A stretch of 64,000 nt of DNA from Sphyrna mokarran (taxonomy: Eukaryota). The number at the start of each line of letters is the position of its first letter. Within the stretch, counting starts at the first letter, position 1. The stretch lies in assembly GCA_024679065.1 (NCBI GenBank), contig JAGIQG010000018.1:27528001-27592000 (forward strand), in the 5' to 3' direction. The position numbers were made by a program, and so were the translations under genes. Under the pieces are notes generated by a model that did not search any database, was not told the origin of the DNA, and saw only the letters and a program-made list of their open reading frames with translations. This document shows, one piece after another, positions 37,581 to 50,769 of this stretch.

Positions 37581-38229
37581 CCTGCTGCTCTACCAGCAGA
37601 GGGGGCGCACACAGAGTCACTGTTCGCAGGAAGTGATAGTCCCATTCCTCCCCAACCCTCTTTTCACAGGCTTCACGGCAGAGGATTGATTTTGGGACAT
37701 GACTGAATAATTGTATTCACAAAGCTCGACCTTTCTCTTCACGATGCTGCTGACATCTGCCACCTCCTGGAAGAATCTCTTTCCAAATGGTCCAGATGAA
37801 CAAACATTGGCAGTGGCATCAAGACCATCACAGCCCCCAACAGCCTCACTTTCTGCTCCTTCCAGGGTTTTGCTGCTGACATCTGTAGATTTTGCAGTCT
37901 GTTGCCAGCAAGTGCAGGGCCATGATCACTTTGCATCTGATAATGAGGCCGGTCAGAATGAGAAAGCTCTTGGATTTGTTGCAATATCAGGATTCCCAGT
38001 ACAATGAGTACTGAACACTTTGGCAATTAAATCTCACTCACATCAAACAGGATTATTCAGTTTCCACTCCATTGAAGTTCAGCTGGTACATAGCCACTGG
38101 AAGATTTATCATCTATGTCTTAGTTGTGAAAGTGTGCTTTATACTGAATAATGATTGTTGATCAAGTGGCTGGCTGGAAAACCAAACTGAACTCCTTCAA
38201 AATACATTGTTTTTCTTTAACTCATAAGA

Positions 38230-38365
38230 AGCATAATTTTCCAGCTGTTCACGCCAACGGGATTCTCCATTTCCGCTGCAGTGAATGAAGATTTGGCTGA
38301 GTGCCAAATTCTCTGTCCTCCCTTGCAGTGGCGGGGGGCATGGACTGCCGGAGAATCCTGGCCAA
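38230..38365. mobile_element. Short Harbinger-type MITE remnant
   Basis: Imperfect termini aattttccagc .. ccggagaatcctggcc, similar to the other Harbinger-like ends in the window. Confidence 0.4.
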
Positions 38366-38510
38366 GGAGTGAGACTTGAGCCTGCAACAAATATGCTGCC
38401 TGATTTGTATCATCACCTCTCCACATTCTGTTCACTTGAATTGGAGATACTGCGTTGGTAATGTTCCTGTCTAGGGTCCTGGCAGTTGTAAGGATCCCTT
38501 TAAATGTTTG

Positions 38511-39213
38511 CAAAGAGCAAAGAGCAACACAGCATGGGAAACAGGCCCTTCGGCCCAACAAGCCCGCGCAGCCGTCATAACTATATAGTAGCAAATCCAT
38601 TATCCTATTATATTATTCCTATATAATAATATATATATTATTCCTAATATGGAAAATTCTCACTACAGGGACAATTTGTTTCCCAATCAGCCTAAGAGCG
38701 AATTTTTGGGTTGTGGGAGGAAACCGGAGTGCCCGGAGAAAACCCACGCAACCACGGGGAGAACGCGCAAACTCCCGCAGACACCGGCCCAATTCCAAGT
38801 GTCTGCACAGCCACATCGATAGTCTCTGAGCTGTCATGGTGCCCTTCAGATGGTCCACATAAAGCACTCATTTACGACATGAGGCACCAGGCAACCCATG
38901 AATCAACATCCAAGAGCTGTACCCGCACCACCTGCCGAATGCATGCTCAATGTTGGTCAAGTATGGACCGAATTACCTGTGGAAAAAAGCCGTAGTTAAA
39001 CAGTCCTAATATATCCCTCTATCTGCATACCGCTCATGTGGCTGTCCAAGAGACCCTTAAACAGCCCCAGCGTGCCTGCTCCCACCACCTTACTCGGCAG
39101 TGCATTCCACACCCCCACTACCCTTTGTGTGAAAAACTGCCCTCTAATATTCGTCCTATACATAGCCCCCCTCACCCTATGGCCATGACCCCTCGTCCTA
39201 TCCATTTCTAAGG
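38511..39213 (-). mobile_element. Young CR1 3' fragment whose long 3' UTR contains a V-SINE central domain
   Basis: ORF2 end RTRGHGHRVRG..RGQFFTQRVVGVWNALP (38996-39217); V domain at 38712-38783 with no tRNA head; single CR1 tail at 38511-38560. Confidence 0.8.
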
Positions 39214-40149
39214 TCATTTAGAAATGGCCATTTGGGCCTTCAACAGTCCGCTGATCATACTCACTCACTCCGGTTGGTTGGGAAAGCTGGAACTCAGCTG
39301 TGGCGGCTGTAGTGGGGCATGCGAGACTGGAGAATTCCAGCCATTGTGGAGGTTCCACTACCTTCTGGGATCTCACCATGCATTATCAAAGGATTTAGAC
39401 TCTCAAGAAGTTAAATTCTGTCCATGGTTAGTGTCAAACAATGAGCAACTTAAGTTTGTCTGGAAGGAAGATCAGTTGAGCTCCATTACATGGACTCGGT
39501 GATTAGCTAATAACCAAGTACAGAAGAGGAAAATCTGTCCCAGTAATCAGGCATACACATTCAGTGCAGTAATTAGGCAACATTTATCTTCTTTTGCTAA
39601 TTTCCTAATAGATGAAACATAGATTGATAGTTCCTCTGTGACAAGTTATTGCCCACATATAAGTGGGCCAAGAGTATACTAACCCTTCATTTAGAACGGT
39701 ATTTATTATTAATATAAGAGAATGATATTAAATTATAAACTGAGATTCACTGAAAAGTATGGTCATATTACTGCCTTGTAACTGTCTTGTTAAAGATTTC
39801 CATTATAGATCCTTATGGTGCATAGTTTGTACAGATATATTCAAATGCAAATTTGATAGATATATTGAAGAAAATAATATTTTGGGATGCACTATACATC
39901 ATTTGAAATATAGCATATGGCAAGTGCAGTGTGCCTGGGAGGAACAGATGACTTTGGATCTAAGCTCTGCATTGCTGTGGGATTCTTTCTGCCTGGATCT
40001 TTAGTTGACTAATTGATGGAGATTTATTGCCATGATTATTCAGCAATATCATTGTATCATTTGACTGCTGGGATTGTGGAAGCTGAACTTGATGGATCTT
40101 GCCTTTTATCATCCACTATTTCCAATGTTTCTCTGCAAATCAGAGCTGA

Positions 40150-40477
40150 TGATCTCATTAGACTATTAATCCGGAAACTCAGCTCATGTTCTGGGAACTT
40201 GAGTTTAAATCCTGCTACGGCAGATGGTGGAATTTGAATTCAATAAAAAAATCAAGAATCTACTGATGATCATGAAACCAATTGTCGATTGTCGGAAAAA
40301 TCCATCTGGTTCACTAATGACCTTGAAGAGAGAAAATCTGCCATCTTTACCTGGTCTGGCCTACATGTGACCCCAGAGTCACAGTAATGTGATTGACTCT
40401 GAACAAAGGTGACGCGGGATGGGCAGTAAATGCTGGCCAGCCAGCAACGCCCATGTCCCACAAATGAATAAAAAAAA
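40150..40477 (+). mobile_element. SINE family B
   Basis: Same head, body and tail as 43815-44208. Confidence 0.88.
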
Positions 40478-41656
40478 TTGTTTAAATGTGGTACCTGAAG
40501 TGGAACAGGAAATCTAATGCTAAGAGAAAATATGTTTTTCCTAAAGTAGTTAATACATTACAAATGAATTGCTGTGTTCAAAGCGCTCACTGTTGACCAA
40601 TCATTGAGGACCAATCTGCATAGAACATTTGTTTCCAAATTTAGAGTTGTGCTTTATCTTCATAAACTGGGTGAGATTCTGACTCATTTAAAACCCATCC
40701 ACTTATACACATGAGGCCTATTGCTTCAAAAACTATATGTTGAAATATATTCTAATTTTAATTTTTAATTTATATTTTGCCAAGATTGTTGAAAGTTAGT
40801 TTCGTAATGATACCAATGACAATGTTTCCCAGTATGAAAATGAAATCAATGATTCTTACCACCATTGTAAAACTTCATGGCAATACTTGATCTCTCATCA
40901 CATCTAAAACTTCACATAGCAATGCCATTTAGCATCAGATTCTGAGGTACTTTCATCTGAGAGTATATTGATAGTCTAACATAAAGAATTACATACCTCC
41001 AACACTATTATTATTTTCCGACTACCAGTCATCTTTTTATCTTCTGTGCCTTTGTCCTATTTTTTACTTTTTTGAGTTTAGAGCACCACTGCTAAAACAT
41101 TTAGTGCATCCAAGCGATGACAAGATACTCACAAAAGAAATTACCAGCTGTATTGAGTAACCCTGCTGGTGCATCTGAATGCTGAACGGGGAGAAGGGTG
41201 GACTTGAATCTTAGACCATTCCTTTCCTCCTCCCTCCCTCATATCTCCAACTGCGCTGGAAGAATCGGCTGACATTGCTGGGGCCTCACACATGGCTGTT
41301 TGCAGCTTAATTATTACTGCCAGAATGTGCCTGCCATCCCAGCAAACTGTATTCAAGAGGAGGTATTGGGTGGGGAGCAGTGAAAAAAAAATACAGCATT
41401 AACTCAGCTGTGAGTTTATAGTTGCAATTCAATCTCAAGGTTCTGCAGACATTACAGAATAGTTGTCAACTCTGTTCAGTTATATTCTTGGAGGCTTCAC
41501 AGCGCTAACAACCCTGCCCCAGCCATTGGCTCATCCTCCAGGCATATCAGCTTCCATATTGTTGAAAAAGGGAGCAAACTCATCATTTGTAGTTGGATTG
41601 GTCTTGACTGTTCACAGGACAACCTTTGTCTCCTATCTCCAGTGCTTTTTAAATTG

Positions 41657-41972
41657 GGCAGCAAGGTGACACAATGGTTAGCTCTGTTGCCTCACTGTGC
41701 CAATTCCAGCCTTGGGTCACTGTCTGTGTGCAGTTTGCAAGTTCTCCCCATGTCTGCATGGCTTTCTTCCTGGTGCTCCAGTTTCCTCCCACAGTCCAAA
41801 GATGTGCAGGCTATGTTGATTAGCTATATTAAATTGCCTCTTAGTGTCAGGGGGATTAGTAGGGTAAAAATGTGTGGTTATGGAGATGGGGATGGGGTAG
41901 GATTGTTGTTAGTGCAGACTCAATGGGCTGAACAGCCACTTCCTGCACTGTAGGGTTTCTCTGATCTATGAT
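41657..41972 (+). mobile_element. HE1-type V-SINE
   Basis: Head, V domain, tail. Confidence 0.88.
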
Positions 41973-43304
41973 AAATGAGTATTCAAAAAAAAATTAAAGC
42001 ACAATTTTGTTAAACCTGCCTGTTATAATTCTTCTCCTGAGTTTCTCACAACAGTGTCCTGGAAATTAGTGTTCAATTCTGAGAGACTCCAGGTCAATCT
42101 TGGAGTGTTGGCAACATGTAGTGCACCAGAGTAAAGTAAATACAGATCACTGTAGCTCTGCAATAATTTACTGAGACTGGAAGCAGGAAGAGTTCAGCAA
42201 ACAACTAACACCCCTGAGTAACCTGAGTGCTGTTTGTATCAGCAGTTATACAGCAAAAGTACTATTCTGGGTTGAGATATAAGGGGAAAAAAACAGGCAG
42301 CATTGTTGCCTATTCCTGCCTGCTCAAATCTGAATTTGGAAGATGGGTTTCAGGCAGGTTTTAAAGATAAATGTCCTTTATATCAGTGGTGAGCTTAGAT
42401 ACTTTTTTTTTAATCAGTGTCAATTTTCAGGCAGGACACCCTGCCAGCTCAGTTTAGTCAATTAGGCTGTTCAAATCTACTTAGAAACATGCAGTAATGC
42501 GAGACAAAACCCTGATCAACTGTCTCGGCAATCTGGAACACACTCCCACGGTGCAGAAAGTCTAATTTTTCAGGCATTTTCAGAAAAAGAATTGGTTAAA
42601 AAGTGTTTGGCAAACATTTTTCTAATGAACATATAAGTCAGTGCAAATTGCATTAAAGCTCCTTGCCTTATGTTCAAGTTATTTTTGCAGACACTACCAG
42701 GATCATCAAATACTCATTCATGAAATTGTTGGGCATTTAAACTTCAAAAAGAGGGAATTCTGTATCTGATTGATTTGACTTTAAAGTTAGTTGATTAAAT
42801 TAAAAGCAGGCAAAATATTGATCAAGTGGAGAAACAGCATTTGGTATTTTAATAAAACATATATTAAATTATATTTTTCATGTTAAATCTGTTTTAATCA
42901 CGGGTGGTTACTTTTCCCATGAGGGCCTATGAGCAAGTTAGCTACTGCAGTATAGAACAATAAACCTTTGCACGTTGTGCAAATTTCCACTGTACAAAGA
43001 AACTAGCAAGTTAAGATTTCAGCCAGTCATTCAAAATGGTCTAATTTGTGAAACAACATTTTTTTCCCATGGTTCTATTACATTTCCAAGAGTGGCTATT
43101 ACAACATCAACAACACGCTAATATAAAATGCTCTTTTAAGCTTTTTTTTCTGTGCTGTGTTGGACATAATGCACAGTGTCTTCATTACCACTTGATGTGC
43201 TTGTGCACCCTGGAGAGATGTTACACTCCTTCTCAAACAGATCAGTAGAATTGAGGATAGATGCTGGAATCTGGCGTTTATGCTGAAGGCATTTCTATTT
43301 TGGC

Positions 43305-43334
43305 TGTTTGTTAGCTTCTTGTTTGTTAGCTTCT
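43305..43334. repeat. 15-bp tandem duplication (tgtttgttagcttct x2)
   Basis: Read directly. Confidence 0.9.
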
Positions 43335-43814
43335 ACAAATAAATGTTAACAGCATGAATTTGACGTGAGTTATCTTTCTCTGGAGGACTGCTCTAAGCAT
43401 TTGGAAAACAAGGCAAATGTTTTTATAGCTTTGCATACTCTTTTTGGAAAGATTGGTAGGCTGTTTCTAATAACAATCTATATGCACCCTGTTGCGCAAA
43501 GCTTTGGAAAAGTGAGGCAAATTGCTTTGAGTATCATAATCAACCTAACTTATTTTCCTTCTTTTTGCTCTATATACCACTAAAATATCTACATGCATAC
43601 TAGGTTATTTGTTCCCTAATAATGCTTTGCTGCCATTTTGAAAGGTATAAAATAGTCCAACTTTGGTCAAATTCTCTGCATTAATTAATTTAAATTACAT
43701 CAGAATCTTAAAGATTTCAACTAAGTCACCTTTTACCGTTTTAAACTTCAATGGATGTGAGCCTATCCTGCCCCAGCCGATCTCAGAAGAAAAAGTGCCC
43801 ATGTAAAAGAAGCT

Positions 43815-44208
43815 GATGGCTGAGTGGTATTGTCATTAGACTATTAATCCAGAAACTCAGCTAATTTTCTGGGGACCCGGGTTTGAACCCTGCCATGGCA
43901 AATGGTGGAATTTGAGTTCACCAAAAAAAAAATCTGGAATTAAGAACCTACTTAAGCTACTCAATTTACTGATGACCATGAAACCATTGTCGGAAAAACC
44001 CATCGCGTTCACTAATATCCTTTAGGAAAGAAAATCTGCTGTCCTTATTTGGTCGGGCTACGTGTAACTCCAGAGCCAGAGCAACGTGGTTGACTCTCAG
44101 TTGCTGTATGAAATGGCCTGGCAAGCCACCGTTCTCAGGGCAATCAGGGATGGACAATAAATGCCAGTCAGCCAGCGTTACTCATGTTCCACGAATGAAT
44201 AAAAAAAT
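43815..44208 (+). mobile_element. SINE family B, full length
   Basis: A-box-like tggctgagtgg, B-box-like gggtttgaaccc, LINE-B tail ..atgaataaaaaa. Confidence 0.9.
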
Positions 44209-44559
44209 CAGTGCTGCCTGATGCATAATGAGAGCAAATCATTGATTGATTTGGTGTGAACCTATCAATTCCTCAATTAACCTGTTCACTCATTCGTTAA
44301 AATTTCAGAATACAGAATTTCTCATGATGCCACGAAAGCTTCCTGCATTAATCTCAGCACAATGTCAATTAAAGGCAGTTATTCACTAATAAGAAGCATC
44401 GAGCACAAATGAGTGGCAGTGAGTTTATGATTAGGAATGTATTCTGCGCCAGCTTCCCTTCAACATTTCTGATGTTATCAGAGTATTGGTGAAAAGTGCC
44501 TCTGTGTGGTGGGTTTAGTGATAATGTAAATATGTTTACAAATAATGGAGCCATTTTAA

Positions 44560-45310
44560 CATATCAGCGTATGAATTAGGAGAGGAAAAGGCCATTCAGC
44601 CCTTGAGCCTGCCCCATGATCCAAAAGATCCTGACTGGTCTGATTGTAACTTCGGCCTTATATTCCTGCGTTCCCCCCGATGAGCAAGGGTGCAAAAGGT
44701 TATCAAGAAACTATCTTGCTGTGCCTTAAAAATATTCAAGACTCTGCTTCCACCATCTTTTGAGAAAAGGAGTTATAAATACTCATGACCCCCTGAGAGA
44801 AAGCAGAATGCACTGGAAATGTGGAACACGTTTCCCAAGTGGGTGATGAAGGCAGGTACTTTGGCAACATTTAAGAAGCATCTGGAGGAACTGGAGAATT
44901 GCCAAGGCATAATACGCTATGGACCAAGTATTGATAAACGGGATCAGTATGGATTGGTATTTAATGGTCGATATAGACATGGGCCGAAGAGCCTGTTTCT
45001 GTGCTCTATGTTCTATGAGAAAATATTTCTCCTCATCTTTGTCATAAATGAACAGCATCTTAATTTTAAACAGTGACCTCCAGTTCTAGGTTCTCCCACA
45101 AGAGGAAATATCATCTCCACATCCATTCTGTCAAGACCTCGTAAAGGTTGCAACTAAATCACCTTTTCTTCTTCTAAACTTCAATGGGCATGAGCTTGTC
45201 CTGTCCCACCCGATCTCAGAAGACAAAGTGCCCATTCCTGATAATGGTTAGCAAACTTTCTCTGAATTGTTTCTTGTACAATTATATCCTTCCTTAAATA
45301 AGAGCTTAGG
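44560..45310 (-). mobile_element. Old CR1 3' fragment with an inserted plus-strand CR1 tail (44805-45017)
   Basis: CR1 tail at 44575-44610 on minus; WNTFPKWVMKAGTLATFKKHL on plus. Confidence 0.75.
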
Positions 45311-45789
45311 ATAAAGTCCATCTAGACCAGAGGATATGTTAACTCACAGCCCTAACCATTTGCCCAATGCTACTTCCCTGGCAATTGTAACTTTCCATTT
45401 CCAGATTTACTTGGATGTTACTTGTATCCTCCATAATAAAGACCAATGCAAAATAGCTGTTCAATTCATCTGCCTTCTCCTAATTTCCAGACTCACTTTC
45501 TAAAGGAATAATGTTCATTTGTTAATTCTTCTTCTTTAAGTATCTATAGAAGCAAGCTTTCTCTCGTCTTCTAATATTTCCCTCCCTATTAATCTGACAT
45601 TTTATCTTTGCTGTTCTTTACATCCTGTCCAATCTTCTGATCTGCCACCCATTTTTTTCAAAATTTATATGCTTTTTCTTTAAATTTATATTCAATTTTA
45701 TTAGTTAATTACTGATGGTGGGTCCTCCCTCTGAATTTTTATTTCTCATTGGAATATATCTATTCTGTGTATTCTGAGATGTCCCTCTA

Positions 45790-48268
45790 GATAGGATTTA
45801 TTCCCACTTGGAAATAAGTGGATGTATTAGTGAGAGGCAACATGATTTTATGAAGGGAAGGTCATATCTCACTAACTTGATTGAGTTTTTCGAGGAAGTA
45901 ACAAAGATGATTGATGAGGGTAGGGCAGTGGATGTTGTCTACATGGACTTCCCTTGTCAGACTGGTGTAGAAGATGAAGTCACATGGAGTCAGAGATGAG
46001 CTGGCTATATGGGTGCAAAGTGGCTCGGTCAAAGAAGACAAAGAATAGCAGTGGAAGCAGTGGAATTTCTGAATGGAGGGCTGTGAGAAGTGGCATTCCT
46101 CAGGAATCAGTGCTGGGATCTTTCCTGTTTGTACTACATGTCAGTGATTTGGAGGAAAATGTAACTGATTTGATTAGTAAATATACAGATGACATAAAGT
46201 TTTGTGGATTTGTGGATAGCAGTGAGGACCATCAGAGGATACGGCAGGACATAGATCAGTTGGAGACTTGGGCAGAGAGATGGCAGATGGAATTTAATTT
46301 GGACAGATACATTTTGGAAGGTCTGATGCAGATAGGAAGTATAAGTAAAATTTGATTTGATTTATTATTGTCACCTATATTAATATAAAAAACAAAGTAT
46401 TGTTTTTTGTGTACTATACGGATAAAACATATTGTTCATAGAGAAGGAAATGAGAGACTTCAGAATGTGGTTTTACAATTATACCTAGGGTATAGAGAAA
46501 GATCAACTTAATGCAATGTAAGTCCATTCAAAAGTTTGGCAGCAGCAGGAAAGAGACTGTTCTTGAGTCAGTTGCTACGTGACCTCAGACTTTTGTGCCT
46601 TTCTCCTGAAAGAAGAAGGTGGAAGAAACAACATCCAAGGTACATGGGATCCTTTATTATGCTGGCTGCTTTGCCAAGGCAGCGGGAAGTGAAAACACAG
46701 TCAGTTGATGGGTGGCTGGTTTGCATGATGGATTGGGCTATATTCATGAGCTTTTGTAGTTTCTTGCGGTCTTGGGCAGAGCAGAAGCCATATCAAACTG
46801 TGATACAACCAGAAAGAATGCTTTCTATCTTGCATCTGTAAAAGTTGCTGTGAGTCAGAGCTGACATTCCAAATTTCCTTAATCTTCTGAGAAAGCAGAG
46901 GCGTTGATGGGCTTTCTTAAATATAACGTCAGCCTGAGGGACCAGGACAGGTTGTTGGTGGTCTGGAAATCTAAAACCTTTGAAGCTATCAACCCTTTCT
47001 ACTTCATCCCTATTGATGTAGTCAGGGGCATGTTCTCCTTTATGCTTCCTGATGACAATCTCCTACGTTTTGTTGACATTGGGAGAGAGATTATTGTTGC
47101 TGCACCAGTTCACCAGATTCTCTATCTTAATCCTGTAGTCTGTTTCATCATTGTTTGAAATCTGACCCTCTGCAGTGTGTTGTCAGCAAACTTGAAGATC
47201 GAATTGGAAGGGAATTTGGCTGCACAGTCATAGGTGTATAAGGAGTAAAGTTGTGATGTTGAATGATTATTATGGAGGAAGTTTTGTTGCCTATCCTTAC
47301 TGATTTTAGTCTGTTGAGTTAGGAAGTTCAGGATCCAGTCATAGAGGGAGGTGCTGAGGAGTGTTGAAGGCTGAGTTGTAATCAATAAATAGGAGGCTGA
47401 CATAGGTGTACTCCAGGGTTGAGTGCAGGGCCAGGGGGGAAATGGCATCTGCCGTGGACCTGTTGCGGCAGAAGGCACACTGTAGTTGACCCAGGTAGTC
47501 CAGGAGACTGGAATTGATTTGTGTATTTGTCAAGATGCTCCTTAAATGGCAGAACCCTTAGAAATATTGATAGACAAAGGGCTCTGGGTATATAGGTACC
47601 CAGTGGCAATGCAGGTGGAGAAAGTAGTCAAGAAGGCATACAGCATGCTTGCCTTCATCAGCTGGAGCATTGAGTTTAAAAATCAGCAAGCCATGTTGCA
47701 GCTTTATAGAATCTTAATTAGGCCGCATTTGGAATATAGTGTTCAATGCTGGTCACTACACTACCTGAAGGATGTGGTGGCTTTGGAGAGGGTACAGTAA
47801 AAATTTACCAGGATGGTGCCTGGTATGGAGGGCATTAGCTATGTGGAGAGGTTGGAGAAGCTTGGTTTGTTCTCACAGGGATAACATAGGGCAACCTGAT
47901 AAAAGTTTACAAAATTATGAGAGGCATGGACAGAATGGATAGTCAGAAGCTTTTTCCCAGGGTGGAAGAGTCAGTTATTAAGGAGCATTAGTTTAAGATG
48001 TGAGGAACAAAGTTCAAAGGGGATGTGCGAGGCAGGTGTTTTACACAGTGAATGGTGGATGTCTGGAACTCACTGCCAGGGGAAGTAGTGGAAGCGGATA
48101 CGGTAATGATTTTTAAGAGGCGTCTTGACAAAAATATGAATGGGATGAGAATCGAGTGATCTGGTCCATAGAAAGATAGGGGTTTTAATTAAGTTAAGCA
48201 GCATGATTGGTGCAGGCTTAGAGGGCTGAAGGGCCTGTTCCTGTGCTGTAATTTTCATTGTTCTTTGT
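45790..48268 (+). mobile_element. CR1 LINE split by a Rex1/Babar insertion
   Basis: QHDFMKGRSYLTNLIEFFEEV..VDVVYMDF, SGIPQESVLG..ISKYTDD, then KKAYSMLAFI..RPHLEYSVQCW after 47530. Confidence 0.92.
46351..47522 (-). mobile_element. Rex1/Babar-like non-LTR retrotransposon, 5'-truncated
   Basis: RNRSTADAIS.ALHSTLE..YVSLLFIDYNSAFNT, WILNFLT, LYSLYTYDCAAKFPSNSIFKFAD; 3' end gtgacaataataaa(tcaaa)n. Confidence 0.85.
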
Positions 48269-48690
48269 TCTTCGTTAAATGTCTGCCACTGCATCTTCAT
48301 CGATCTATTCCTTAACCTCATTTGGTCCACTTTCATGCTTTCATAATTGCCATTATTTATGTTTAAAGTACTAGTCTTGGACTCAATCATCTCTCCCTCA
48401 AACTGATTGATGGGAATTCTTCAGTCTCCTTTACAGCAGGTTTTCCTGTGTTGGTCTCATTTGCCACTGGGATCTTCTGGTTCTGCCACAGTTTATGGTA
48501 ATTTGCATGGTTTGTCTATTCTGTTGCCTGAGAACCTGGAGTGAGGGTCAATTTTGGAAGATTCTGTCATGGAAAGAGCTGGAAAAACTTGGCCAATGTC
48601 AAATTCAATAATATTATGTTTGCTGTTATGTTGATATAATTTCACTATGAAGTTATCAATTAATCCTGTCTCGTTGTACTATATTAGTTT

Positions 48691-49678
48691 AGAACATAGA
48701 ACACTACAGCACAAACAGGCCCTTCGGCCCACAAGTTGTGCCGATCATATCAGTATTACCAGGCCACAGAACTATCTGTAACTCCCAATCCCAATAAATC
48801 CCGTGTACTCATCCAGAAGTCTCTTAAAAGACCCCAGTGAGTTCGCCTCTACCACCACTGACAGTGGCTGATTCCATTCACTCACCACCCTCTGAGTGAA
48901 AAACTTACCTCTAACATCTCCTCTGTACTTGCCCCCCAGCACCTTAAACCTGTGTCCTCTCATAGCAACCATTTCAGCCCTGGGAAATAGCCTCTAAGAA
49001 TCCACCCTATCTATTCCTCTTAACATCTTATAAATCTCTATTGGGTCGCCTCTCAACCTCCGTCTCTCCATGGAGAAGAGACCTAGCTCCCACAACCTAT
49101 CTTTATAAGGAATGCCTCCCAATCCAGACAACATCCTTGTAAATCTCCTCTGCACTCTCTCAATAGCTTCCACATCCTTCCTATAGTGAGGCGACCAGTA
49201 CTGCACACAGTACTCCAAGTGGGGTCTGACAAGGGTCTTATGAAGTTGCAGCATTACCTCCCAACTCCTAAACTCAATCTCTCTATTAATGAAGGCCAGT
49301 ACACCATATGCCTTTTTGACCACATCCTCCACTTGTGGGGCAGATTTAAGAGTCCTATGGACCCGGACCCCAAGATCCTTCTGCTCCTCAACACTGCCAA
49401 TACTCCTACCCTTGATATTATACTCCTTCATCCCATTGGTCCTGCCAAAATGGACCACCACACATTTATCCGTGTTGAAGTCCATCTACCACTTCTCTGC
49501 CCAGTCTTGCATTTTATCTTTGTCTCACTGCAACTTCAGACATCCTTCCAGACTATCCACAACACCACCAACCTTCGTATCGTTGGCAACTTACTAACCC
49601 ATCCCTCCACTTCTTCATCCAGGTCATTTATGAAAATGACAAACAGCAAGGATCCGAGAACAGATCCCTGGGGCACTT
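48691..49678 (-). mobile_element. Relatively young CR1 LINE 3' fragment
   Basis: 163-aa ORF 48994-49485 (FNTDKC.VVHFG..RPHLEYCVQYWSP..RGD.IE.YK); (tgttcta)n tail. Confidence 0.95.
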
Positions 49679-50769
49679 CAGTTTGGGCATAGTCTGTAGG
49701 TCCAGAACATGCTGTTGCAAGAAACTATCTCAAAAATATTCTATGAACACCTCACCTTTGCCTATTTGATTTTTCCAGTCTATATTTCGATTGAAACTCC
49801 CCAATATTATCACTGCACCTTTCTGATAAATTCCCATGATCTCTTCCTGTCCTATAACATGTTATTACAATTAGGGGGTCTGTACATCATTCCCACAGTG
49901 CCTTTATCATTTCTCCTCTCAGCCCAGACTGCTTCTACATCTTGGTTTTGTGAGCTTAGATCATCCCTCTGCTAATTACCTTTATTAATTAACAGAACTA
50001 TCCCTCTACCTTTTTCTAGCTTCTGATCCTATCTAAATGTCATGTCCCCCTCAAAATTCAGGTCCCAATCTGTGTCTCCGTAATTGCTGTCAGATTGTAC
50101 TTAGCTTTTTCCACTTGCACTATCAATTTATCTGTAATGTTTCAAATGCTATGTGTATTCAGATACATTGCCTATAGTTTCTTCCTTTTATTATCAAGCC
50201 TTATCTGCTGATTGTCTGTTAGATTTGTATGCTCCTGTCCCTTCCTGTCAAAGTGTATTTATCATTTCCCATATTTGAACGTTTCTCTCTTGCCTTGTCT
50301 CTGTTTTTTCGTTTACCGCATTTTCCCAAATGTTGTTCCCTTGCTCATTATATAGTTTAAAACTCTTTCTACTTTCCTCATTATGCAACATACTAGAACC
50401 AGCCCCAGCATGGTTTTGGTGTTGACCACCTCAATGGTACAGATCCCAGTTTCCCCAGTACTGGTGTCAGTGCTGCATAAACTGGAATTCTCTTTCCCCA
50501 CACCAAACCATTCATCTCTCTAATCCTATTTGTCCTATGCCAATTTGCACATAGCTCAGGTAATAATTCAGAGATTATTACTTTTGAAGTTCTGCTTAAT
50601 TTGATGCCCAGCTCCATATACCAGCTGTGCAGATCCTTCTTCTTTGTCCTATCTATGTCGTTGGTAACTACATAGACCATGACAACTGGATCTTCCTCCT
50701 TCCACTGAAAGTTTTTCTCCATTCTGGAGCATATGTCCTGAACATTGGCAGGTAAGAGGACCCAGAGGG

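Noticed and set aside
42050-42121. hAT-type terminal inverted repeat (gttggcaacatgta)
   Set aside because: Only one degenerate end is visible; no partner TIR or 8-bp TSD found.
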